Origin: an uncultured Ferrimicrobium sp.
GTDB taxonomy: Bacteria; Actinomycetota; Acidimicrobiia; Acidimicrobiales; RAAP-2
Length of the DNA: 64,000 nt
NCBI GenBank assembly: GCA_964449735.1
Contig: CAYUZO010000005.1
Location: 6,071-70,070, forward strand
Direction of reading: 5' to 3'
This document shows positions 45,996 to 53,608 of this stretch, piece by piece. How positions within the stretch are numbered: position 1 is the stretch's first letter; every line of letters starts with the position of its first letter. Below the pieces are notes generated by a model, which made no database searches, was not told the origin of the DNA, and saw only the letters and a list, made by a program, of their open reading frames with translations. Both the position numbers and the translations under genes were made by a program.

Positions 45996-46051
45996 CGCGC
46001 TGACGCCACGCTCCGTCGGCGGCGACCCGGACTCCGGACCATACTGAGAGA

Positions 46052-47518
46052 GTGGACCGGCGCCTTCGCGGCGGGCTTCTGGGAGCCCTAGGACTGGCCG
46101 GGCTCGCCGGGGCGATGATCCCCCTGCGCCCACACCTGGCCATCTCGACGAGCGCGCTGGTCCTGGTGGTCCCGGTCGTCCTGGCTGCCGCCGCCGGGGG
46201 CTTCGCGGCGGGGCTCGGGATCGCGGCACTGGGCTTTCTCGCCTTCGACCTGCTCTTCATCCCTCCCTACGGCACCTTGAGCGTGGGCGCCGGCCAGAAC
46301 TGGGTCGCGCTGGCCGTCTACCTGGCGGTGACCGCCCTCGTCGCGCGGGTCGTCTCGCACCTCGACAGTTCCCGGGCCGAGGTTGAACGAGGCGACGTCG
46401 CGGCCCGGCGCCTCGTGGAGCTCTCCGAGATCCTGGTCGGCGACCGTCCCGTCGACGAGCTGCTGCGCGGCATCGCCCAGGCGGCCCACGGCGCTCTCGG
46501 CATCCCGGGGGTGGCGCTGCTGGTCCTCGAGGGTGATCGGCTCCGGGTCGCCGCCATGGCCGGCGACCCGCTGGCGCCCGAGGCCCTCGCCGACCTCGCC
46601 GACGGCGCGGGCCACCCCGTCGCGGTCGGTGCCGTCGGCCCCTCGGGCGAGCCGCGCTCGATCGCCCTGGTGGCCTCGGGGCGCCCAGTCGGGGTGTTGG
46701 TCCTCTCCGAACTACCCGAGCGCCCCGCCGAGCGGGACCTCCTCACGACCTTCGCCAACGACGCCGCGCTCGCCCTCGAGCGAGCCCGCCTGCGCGAGCA
46801 GGCCGTACGCACTCAGCTGCTCGAAGAGGTGGACCGCTTCCGCCAGGGCCTGCTCGGAGCGGTGAGCCACGACCTGCGCACCCCCTTGGCCACGATCAAG
46901 GTGGCCTCCTCGGCGCTGGCGAGCGAGGGTGACGCCTTGGCCCCCGCGGGCCGCGCGGAGCTCTACCGGCTGATCGAGATGGAGGCCGACCGGCTGGGTC
47001 GGCTCGTGGCCAACCTCCTCGACCTCGCTCGCGTCGAGGCGGGAGTGCTCACGGTCCAGCGCAGCCCCGTCCCCGTGACGGAGCTCGTGGAGGAGGCGCG
47101 GGCCGCCCTGGGCCCCGCCCTGTCCGATCATCAGGTCCTGGTCGAGATCGAGCCAGGACTCCCCGAGGTGCTGGCCGATCCGGCGCTCGTGAACTCGGTG
47201 CTGGTGAACCTCCTCGACAACGCCCAGCGCCACTCGCCCCCCGACGCCCCAATCACGGTGAGCGCTCGGTGTCGTGGGGCCGAGGTGGAGGTCGCGGTCT
47301 GCGACGAGGGCCCCGGCGTGCCGGCGCCCCTGCGCGACGCGATCTTCCACCGCTTCACCCGGCTCGACACCGCGGGGCGGTCCGGACTCGGCCTGGCCCT
47401 CGCTCGCACCTTCGTCGAGGCCCACGGAGGGCGCATCGGGGTCGAGGAGGCCCCCGGGGGAGGGGCCCGGTTCGTCTTCACCCTGGAGCCCGCGTCCTTC
47501 GCGGTCGAGGAGCCCTGA
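46052..47518 (+). CDS. sensor histidine kinase equivalent to the C-terminal half of KdpD (DUF4118-GAF-like-HisKA-HATPase)
   Basis: The 488-aa ORF has a GTG start. DUF4118 TMs (FDLLFIPPYGTLSV), an intact H-box AVSHDLRTPL (His273, 46868..46870), N-box LLDNAQRH, G1 DEGPGVP and G2 GLGLALAR are present. It has no KdpD_N or Usp domain. Confidence 0.9.
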   Translation: MDRRLRGGLLGALGLAGLAGAMIPLRPHLAISTSALVLVVPVVLAAAAGGFAAGLGIAALGFLAFDLLFIPPYGTLSVGAGQNWVALAVYLAVTALVARVVSHLDSSRAEVERGDVAARRLVELSEILVGDRPVDELLRGIAQAAHGALGIPGVALLVLEGDRLRVAAMAGDPLAPEALADLADGAGHPVAVGAVGPSGEPRSIALVASGRPVGVLVLSELPERPAERDLLTTFANDAALALERARLREQAVRTQLLEEVDRFRQGLLGAVSHDLRTPLATIKVASSALASEGDALAPAGRAELYRLIEMEADRLGRLVANLLDLARVEAGVLTVQRSPVPVTELVEEARAALGPALSDHQVLVEIEPGLPEVLADPALVNSVLVNLLDNAQRHSPPDAPITVSARCRGAEVEVAVCDEGPGVPAPLRDAIFHRFTRLDTAGRSGLGLALARTFVEAHGGRIGVEEAPGGGARFVFTLEPASFAVEEP

Positions 47519-48195
47519 TGGCTCGCGTGCTGGTGATCGACGACGACGCCTCCCTGCTGCGAGCGCTGCGGGTGGGCCTGCCGGCACTCGGCCACGAGGT
47601 GATCACGGCCAGCACCGGCGAGGCCGGCCTCTCCCAGGTCGCCCTCACGGCCCCGGACGTCGTCGTCCTCGACATGGGCCTGCCCGATCTCGACGGTCTG
47701 GACGTCTGCTCGCGCATCCGGGCGTGGAGCGAGGTGCCAATTATCGTGCTGTCGGCGGCGGGTGACGAGACGACCAAGGTGACCGCCCTCGACGGCGGAG
47801 CCGACGACTACGTCACCAAGCCCTTCTCGCTGCCCGAGCTCGGCGCGAGGATCCGGGCCACGCTGAGGGGCCGTCGGCGCGAGACCGAGGAGCCCGCCGA
47901 GGTGACGAGTGGGAACCTGCACCTCGACCTCGTGAGACGAGAGGCCCGCGCCGGCGACCGGGTGCTCCCGCTCACCGTGAAGGAGTTCGACCTGCTGGCC
48001 TTCCTGATGCGTCACGCCGGGCGCACCTGCACGTACCAGATGATCCTCCAGGCCGTCTGGGGGCCGACCTACGACCGTGAGGCGAGCTACGTCCACGCCT
48101 ACGCCCATCGCCTGCGCGCCAAACTCGCCGCCGAGGACCGCCTGAAAACCGTGCCGGGGGTCGGGTATCGCTTCGAGGACCCCCCTTCCGCGTAG
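47518..48195 (+). CDS. kdpE: OmpR-family response regulator (KdpE-like)
   Basis: The ATG overlaps the kinase TGA. The receiver domain (VLVIDDD...VVVLDMGLPDLDG...KPF) and a winged-helix output domain (VPGVGYRF) are present. Confidence 0.88.
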   Translation: MARVLVIDDDASLLRALRVGLPALGHEVITASTGEAGLSQVALTAPDVVVLDMGLPDLDGLDVCSRIRAWSEVPIIVLSAAGDETTKVTALDGGADDYVTKPFSLPELGARIRATLRGRRRETEEPAEVTSGNLHLDLVRREARAGDRVLPLTVKEFDLLAFLMRHAGRTCTYQMILQAVWGPTYDREASYVHAYAHRLRAKLAAEDRLKTVPGVGYRFEDPPSA

Positions 48196-48213
48196 GACCC
48201 CTACACTTCGCCC

Positions 48214-48798
48214 ATGTCACCAGGGCGCATGGAGGCCTTCAGCGACGGCGTCATCGCCATCATCATCACGGTGATGGTGCTGGGGCTGCGGATGCCCCAC
48301 GGCACCACCCTGAGCGCCCTGCACGCGATCTACCCCCAGCTACTCGCCTACCTGCTCAGCTTCGCCAACCTCGGCATCTACTGGGTGAACCACCACCACC
48401 TCCTGCGCACGATTCACCGGGTGACGGGCGGGATGCTCTGGGCCAACCTGAACCTGCTCTTCTGGCTCTCGCTCTTCCCCTTCGCCACCGCCTGGATGAG
48501 CCAGAACGGCTTCGCCCACACCACGGTCGCCGTCTACTCCTTCGTGCTCTTCGCCGCGGCGATCTCCTACTTCGTGCTCCAGAGCGTGATCGTGCGCGGC
48601 GACTCGGAGGACGACGCACTGCGCGACGCCCTCGGGAGGGACTGGAAGGGCAAGGGCTCGATGGTCGCCTACCTGGCGGCCATCCCCCTCGCCGGGTGGT
48701 GGCGCTGGGGATCGCTGGCGATCGTGGCCGCGGTGGCGATCACCTGGCTCATCCCCGATCGCCGCCTAGAAGCGCACCTCGAGGCGCACGACCACTAG
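48214..48798 (+). CDS. TMEM175/DUF1211-family potassium channel
   Basis: The 194-aa ORF has six TM segments and the N-terminal RxxxFSD signature (GRMEAFSDGVIAI). Confidence 0.8.
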   Translation: MSPGRMEAFSDGVIAIIITVMVLGLRMPHGTTLSALHAIYPQLLAYLLSFANLGIYWVNHHHLLRTIHRVTGGMLWANLNLLFWLSLFPFATAWMSQNGFAHTTVAVYSFVLFAAAISYFVLQSVIVRGDSEDDALRDALGRDWKGKGSMVAYLAAIPLAGWWRWGSLAIVAAVAITWLIPDRRLEAHLEAHDH

Positions 48799-48810
48799 GG
48801 CGCCGGGGCC

Positions 48811-49779
48811 TCAGTGTCCGCGGTGGGGCGAGACCACCACGGTGAAGCTCCAGGTTCCGATGTCCCCTTGGGAGTCGGTGTCAGTGCCGCCGATCGTGTA
48901 GCGGCCCGGAGCCAGCCTCGACCCGTCACAACTCACCGTCCCGTCGGTGGTGACGCTGAGGAAGCGGTTGGGCTGGGTGACCGAGTACTGCACGGTGCCG
49001 GCACTGGGGTCCACCTGGAGGTGGCTCGCGCAGTGGCCCTCGGCGTCGCCGCCCGAGAGGGACTCGCCGAAGGGTTCGCGCTGCTCGACTCGACCGTGGC
49101 CGTGGACCTCCTGGGAGGGGCCGACCGCCACGAGCTGATAGGGCAGACCGCTTCCGTGACCGTCCGACCCGATCACCACCGCCTGGCCCGCGACCGGATA
49201 GGGATTCCAGCCGCTCTGTCCGGAGGCGGGTTGGGTCGCGTAGGCCGAGGCGAACTCGAACTCGAAGCTGACCGAGCCGCTCTGACCCGGGGCGAGAACC
49301 CCGGTCAACGGGTAGGGCCCCTTCAGCGGCCAGCAGCTGCTCGGTGAGGGACTAGCGCAGGCGTCGCTGAGGTCGCTCGAGGAGAAGACCGATCCGAGGG
49401 CACCCGCACCCGCCGAGGAGATGCGCACGAGGCCGTAGCGACCGAGGGTGTTGAGGGCGCTCAGGGCGGTGCGGTTCGGGAAGGCGAGGTAGAGGACGGC
49501 CGGCAGCTGGCCGGTGTTGGAGTAGTCCAGGGTGACGGTGGCGGGCGAACCCGGCAGGAGCTGACCGAGCGTCAGGTCGGTGCCGTCGGCCCCGCCACCA
49601 CCGCTCACCGAGATGGTGATCTGGCGCGACTCGTGGTCGTCGTGGGCGGTGGCCGCGACGGAGGGGTGATGCAGGGTGAGCGCGAGGACCCCCGAGGCGA
49701 AGGCCAGGACCCCGGCGAGCGCCACGCTCGCGACCTTCAGCGAGAGGGCGCCGATCGCGTGAGGGCGGCGGCCGCTCAC
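48811..49779 (-). CDS. secreted TasA/camelysin-like paralog with an alternate signal peptide and a ~100-aa C-terminal extension
   Basis: It shares LYLAFPNRTALSALNTLGRYG, CWPL and GLPYQL blocks with 50352..51101. Its start overlaps the signal-peptidase stop by 4 nt. Confidence 0.75.
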   Translation of the reverse strand: MSGRRPHAIGALSLKVASVALAGVLAFASGVLALTLHHPSVAATAHDDHESRQITISVSGGGGADGTDLTLGQLLPGSPATVTLDYSNTGQLPAVLYLAFPNRTALSALNTLGRYGLVRISSAGAGALGSVFSSSDLSDACASPSPSSCWPLKGPYPLTGVLAPGQSGSVSFEFEFASAYATQPASGQSGWNPYPVAGQAVVIGSDGHGSGLPYQLVAVGPSQEVHGHGRVEQREPFGESLSGGDAEGHCASHLQVDPSAGTVQYSVTQPNRFLSVTTDGTVSCDGSRLAPGRYTIGGTDTDSQGDIGTWSFTVVVSPHRGH

Positions 49780-50273
49780 GATCCCACCGCCACGGCGGGC
49801 TCGGCTTCCCCCGCCAGTGGCTCCGCGCGCTCCGCGCCCAGAGCCCAGATCTGCCAGAGGACCAGCACGGCGAGCAGCGCCGAGGCCAGTCCCACGGGGT
49901 CCTTGAAGTACATGATCCAGTAGCCGACGTAGGGCGGTGACCAGATCACTCCCCCGATGATCTGGCTGCGCGGCACGTGCCAGGGGTCGGGGGTGGGGTT
50001 CCCGTCGCCCTTCGTGATGGTGAGGCCCGACGGGGTGAAGCCGACGAGCCGGTGGGTTACCGTCAGGCCCTCCTCGGTGAAGGTGATGACCTGGCCGACG
50101 TGGTACTGACCGATCCGCACGAGGACCGCGCTGCCCGTGGGCACCGTCGGGCTCATCGAGCCGGTATGGATCACGTAGACCCGATAGGTCTTGGACTCCA
50201 CCTTCAAGAAGGTGAAGGTCGCCAGCAGCACCAGCGGGACCAGGATCGCAACAACCCTGCGCAGGACTTTCAC
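49776..50273 (-). CDS. SipW-like (archaeal/ER-type) signal peptidase I
   Basis: The 165-aa ORF has an N-terminal TM, GSMSPT (Ser box), THRLV (His box), TKGDGNPTPD and a C-terminal TM. Confidence 0.85.
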   Translation of the reverse strand: MKVLRRVVAILVPLVLLATFTFLKVESKTYRVYVIHTGSMSPTVPTGSAVLVRIGQYHVGQVITFTEEGLTVTHRLVGFTPSGLTITKGDGNPTPDPWHVPRSQIIGGVIWSPPYVGYWIMYFKDPVGLASALLAVLVLWQIWALGAERAEPLAGEAEPAVAVGS

Positions 50274-50291
50274 GTCACTCCTTCCCCCCGT

Positions 50292-50325
50292 CGCTGGGTC
50301 CCGGCGGCGGTGCCGGGACCCAGCG
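50292..50325 (-). terminator. 14-bp perfect hairpin between the TasA-like gene and the signal peptidase gene (intra-operon attenuator/stabiliser)
   Basis: Arms CGCTGGGTCCCGGC (50292..50305) and GCCGGGACCCAGCG (50312..50325) flank a 6-nt loop. The hairpin sits in the 78-nt spacer and has no U-tract. Confidence 0.45.
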
Positions 50326-50351
50326 GGGGGCTCAACCCTGAACCGGGTTGG

Positions 50352-51101
50352 CTAGAACTTGGTCCCGACCTGGCCCGGCGTGACGCCGACCTGGGTCGCG
50401 ATCAACTGGTAGGGCAGGCCGTCACCAGAGCCGTCCGCACCGTTCACCGTGAACTGGTTGTTGCTGCAGTCCTTGTGGGACCCACCGTTCGCGATGCAGG
50501 TGCTGTAGGAGACCCCACCGGCCAGCGGGTACTGGTTCCAGACGCCGGGCCCGTTGCCCGAGAGCATCGAGGCGTACTCGAAGGTGAAGGTGAAGTTCTC
50601 CGACCAGCCGGGCTGGACGTTGCTCGCCAGCAGCAGCGGCGAGGTCAGCGGCCAACAACCGGAGTTCGAACCCGACGGAATCGCGTTGGAGAACGGTCCG
50701 CAGCTCGTCGAGTTGTCATCGAGGTTGTAGGAGGTGAACACCGAGCCCACCGACCCTCCGCCCGCCGACGAGACCTGGACGCTGCCGTAGCGGCCCAGGT
50801 TGTTCAGCGCGCTCAGCGCCGTCGCGTTGGGAAAGGCCAGGTAGACGTCCTCGGGGCTGGTGCCCGAGTTGTGGTAATTCACCTGGACCGTCTGGGGCAC
50901 GCCGGGCAGGAGGTTGGAGAACCCGATGCTCGTCGGGCTGTCCGTCGAGACCAGGATGCTCCCGATCGTCCCCGAGATGCTCCCGTTGTGGGTGTCGCTG
51001 AAGTACGCCCCCGTCGACCCGGAGGCCACGACAGCGGTACCACCTAGCAAGGCGATGCTGGACACAAGGGCTAGAACCCTCGCCTTGGCGCCTCTCTTCA
51101 T
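50352..51101 (-). CDS. TasA/camelysin (M73)-like secreted fibre subunit with a SipW-cognate-type signal peptide
   Basis: The 249-aa ORF begins MKRGAKARVLALVSSIALLGGTAVVASGSTGAYFSD..., which matches the GG(T)FAYFSD signal/cleavage motif of TasA and camelysin. Confidence 0.82.
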   Translation of the reverse strand: MKRGAKARVLALVSSIALLGGTAVVASGSTGAYFSDTHNGSISGTIGSILVSTDSPTSIGFSNLLPGVPQTVQVNYHNSGTSPEDVYLAFPNATALSALNNLGRYGSVQVSSAGGGSVGSVFTSYNLDDNSTSCGPFSNAIPSGSNSGCWPLTSPLLLASNVQPGWSENFTFTFEYASMLSGNGPGVWNQYPLAGGVSYSTCIANGGSHKDCSNNQFTVNGADGSGDGLPYQLIATQVGVTPGQVGTKF

Positions 51102-51663
51102 GTTGTAATCCTTTTCTGTTGATGCCCTGACTCTCAGAGCGGAATGAACGAGGTGGCGGTTTCGCCATTAGCTCCCCACGGGCGGGGCGACCACACAAGG
51201 CCCGTGGTTCAACGCATCACCTGAAAAGGCCAGTCAGACCGATAACTGGGCAGACGGGACCACTCCTACAACGGAATTGTCGTAGGTGAGAACTCAGTCC
51301 TCTTCGAGTGTCCCCCAGCCGCAGAGTCGGAATGCCGACGCCTGGGCTCTCTCCTTTCCTCCTACGCAGTGAACGGAGGGATTTCGGGCACTCGCTCCCT
51401 GTCTGACGTGAACACCGACGATCTCTGAGGCTCCACCGACACGTCCGTATCATCACCATCAGCCCCACCCGGAGTGGTTCTGATGTCAGTGAAACGAGCC
51501 CTTGCAACCATCGATATACATCAGTACATCTCGAACTTCACGAAACTACTTCCTCCAATAGAGGGTCCTATCACGTGACAAGTTGTTCGTCAATTGAGAA
51601 TGTAGGCTCTGAGAACAATTCTACAAACCACACCGGTGTCGTCTGAATTATCTGTTCGTTTCC

Positions 51664-51694
51664 TTGGGGTATCCACTTCGGCGGAGTAGTCCTG
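51664..51694. repeat. left arm of a 31-nt inverted repeat bracketing the DUF4232 gene
   Basis: TTGGGGTATCCACTTCGGCGGAGTAGTCCTG is the reverse complement of 52401..52431 except at one position (G51681 versus T52414, which is a G-U pair if both arms are on plus-sense RNA). Confidence 0.9.
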
Positions 51695-51727
51695 GCATCG
51701 TGCGCCCTGCGCAGTACAGTCCCTCCC

Positions 51728-52324
51728 ATGAGCCGCGTTCGTCGGTTTGCGCGGCAACGGGCCTGCACCATCGCCCTCTCCCTCGTCGTCTTGGGGACAT
51801 TCATGGTCTGCGGTCCGGGCAAGGCGCCAACCGCCTCGGCCACGAGCGCCCCAACCTGTAGGACCTCGTCCCTCCGAGCTGTTGCGCTTGGCAACGCGGG
51901 TCTTGGGCACGGGTCCTACATCGTCGAGCTACGCAACGTCGCCGCGACGTCGTGTCGCTTGTCGGGGTATCCGCGGGTCGTGACATCGCCGCTCGGACCC
52001 TTGACTGGGATGTTCTCGCCCGTCTTCCGAGGGACCAGTCGGCTGAAGGCCGTCGCCCACGATGCGCGCACGGGCTACTCCGGGGGCCTCGGCACACCCC
52101 ACCGACCGCCGCCAGTGGTCACCCTGGCGGCTCACACCGGTAGGGCTTCCTTCGTGATCGAGTGGATCGAGGTCTCGCCAAGGAAGACCTGCCGCTCCTT
52201 CGCTCGCCTCTACGTGACCCTTCCGGGCTCGACGTCGCCGATGCGACTCAACGATGCTGGCCTGCTCTGCTCCATCCTCGAGGTACACCCGATCGTCAAG
52301 GGTTGGTCAGGATTCCTGAGCTAG
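51728..52324 (+). CDS. secreted DUF4232-like protein
   Basis: The 198-aa ORF has a signal/TM segment (ACTIALSLVVLGTFMVCG). The pattern C-x-(T/S)SSL...AG(L)GHG...L(R)N...C.L.GYP is typical of DUF4232. GC content and codon GC3 are visibly lower than in flanking genes. Confidence 0.7.
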   Translation: MSRVRRFARQRACTIALSLVVLGTFMVCGPGKAPTASATSAPTCRTSSLRAVALGNAGLGHGSYIVELRNVAATSCRLSGYPRVVTSPLGPLTGMFSPVFRGTSRLKAVAHDARTGYSGGLGTPHRPPPVVTLAAHTGRASFVIEWIEVSPRKTCRSFARLYVTLPGSTSPMRLNDAGLLCSILEVHPIVKGWSGFLS

Positions 52325-52400
52325 TTTCCGACTGCGACTGAGGGCAGGACCAGAAGCCCGTAAAGCCCAGTGGCCCACCGCCCCTGGCGGCGTCCTTCAT

Positions 52401-52431
52401 CAGGACTACTCCGTCGAAGTGGATACCCCAA
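52401..52431. repeat. right arm of the 31-nt inverted repeat
   Basis: CAGGACTACTCCGTCGAAGTGGATACCCCAA lies 706 nt from the left arm. The whole unit 51664..52431 is 768 bp. Confidence 0.9.
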
Positions 52432-52651
52432 CCGATTCCTGACGGTGGTGCACCGGACTCCAGATCCTTCGAGGACTCCACCCGCGAGTGGGGACCGGGC
52501 ACCGCGACGAGGCACCCGCGCGGCGCAGTGCCGGGGACACCCCTCGCCGCCTGCACCTCCTCACTGGTTGCAGCCTGGGATTGGTCGGCCCTCGTTGGCA
52601 TCCCCGCAGAGCTCGTCCCCGGCGTGGAGAAGGGCCCGGGCGAAGGGTCGA

Positions 52652-53608
52652 CTAGAGCGAAGAGGGAAGCTGCCCGGCGATCGTCTCGGCGATCTTCTGA
52701 TAGCCGGACTTGTTCGGGTGGTCGTCAGGCCCGAAGGGGTGGGGGGCACACATCCACGTCCAGGCGCAGACGTTGGCGACGTTCTGGGGCACGGTGCCGA
52801 AGGTGCCGGTCGAGACCATGGTCGTGTTCGTGCTCTCGAACACCTGAGGCATGTCGGCCACCGCGATGCCGGCCGCACGGTAGAGGGTGGACAGGGTCGA
52901 GTTCATCTCCGTCATCAACCCCAGACTTTGGGTGGCCAGTGCCGGCCCCTGGCCGCCCTTGGTGTAGCGCATGAGGAAGGGGTCGTCGTAGAGGAGGCCC
53001 ACGAAGTGGACGTGGGCTCCAGCGGCGGCCTTGAGCTGGGTGAGGACCTTGGGGAGGTCGGCTCGGACGTGGGCAATCCCTTGGTTGACGCACGAGACCG
53101 CGAGGGGCACGACCCACAGGCAGGGCCTGATGTCGTTGAAGCCGAGGTCGATGGAGACGACCCCGGCCTCAGCCTTGTGGGAATCGAGGAAGGCGACCGC
53201 CTGAGTGAGCTGGGTCTGAGGCAGCGGGTAGCAGTGGTCGCCTGAGAACATGGACTCCGCGGTCTCGCCCATGCAGCCGATCTTGGTGAGCTGGAGGGTG
53301 ATGCCCTTGGCGGCCTCGACGCGCACGAGGTCGTCGCCGTAGCCCCAGGGCGTGAAGGCCCCGTTGTGCTTGGGGTCACCGGTCGGCTGGACGCCGAGCG
53401 AGGCCGAGGCACCGATGTCAAGGTAGAAGCCGGTGCGGATCCCCGACGTGAGGGACTGGGCCGACGACGCCACGGTCGTCGGAGGGGCGACCGCCGACGA
53501 GCTCGACGGCGTGATGAACAACCCTGTCACCAGGACAAATGCGCCAACGACGGCCACGGCGACGCCGGCGACGGGATGTGGGGTTCGTACTCTGACGCGA
53601 CGGGGCAC
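52652..53608 (-). CDS. secreted SGNH/GDSL-like hydrolase (paralog of 30074..30991)
   Basis: A signal peptide, DIGASASLG, and the C-terminal CAWTWMCAPHPFGPDDHPN are present. This compares with CQLTWMCETDPFGPDNHPN in the paralog. Confidence 0.78.
   Translation of the reverse strand: MPRRVRVRTPHPVAGVAVAVVGAFVLVTGLFITPSSSSAVAPPTTVASSAQSLTSGIRTGFYLDIGASASLGVQPTGDPKHNGAFTPWGYGDDLVRVEAAKGITLQLTKIGCMGETAESMFSGDHCYPLPQTQLTQAVAFLDSHKAEAGVVSIDLGFNDIRPCLWVVPLAVSCVNQGIAHVRADLPKVLTQLKAAAGAHVHFVGLLYDDPFLMRYTKGGQGPALATQSLGLMTEMNSTLSTLYRAAGIAVADMPQVFESTNTTMVSTGTFGTVPQNVANVCAWTWMCAPHPFGPDDHPNKSGYQKIAETIAGQLPSSL

Noticed and set aside
45933-46051. c-di-AMP (ydaO-type) riboswitch or other long leader in front of the kdp operon
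   Set aside because: The whole divergent spacer is only 119 nt and must hold two promoters. I saw no extended conserved-looking pseudoknot-type structure.
51217-51507. 96-aa ORF (minus strand) inside the AT-rich spacer, and ORFs 51571..51910 upstream of the DUF4232 gene
   Set aside because: They have no SD, their translations are Arg/Ser/Leu/Cys-rich, and I recognised no family. I treated the region as non-coding regulatory DNA.
51664-52431. Autonomous insertion sequence
   Set aside because: The inverted repeats enclose only a DUF4232-type secreted protein. No transposase or recombinase ORF is present, and I could see no convincing target-site duplication. It is kept as a finding but not called a mobile element.
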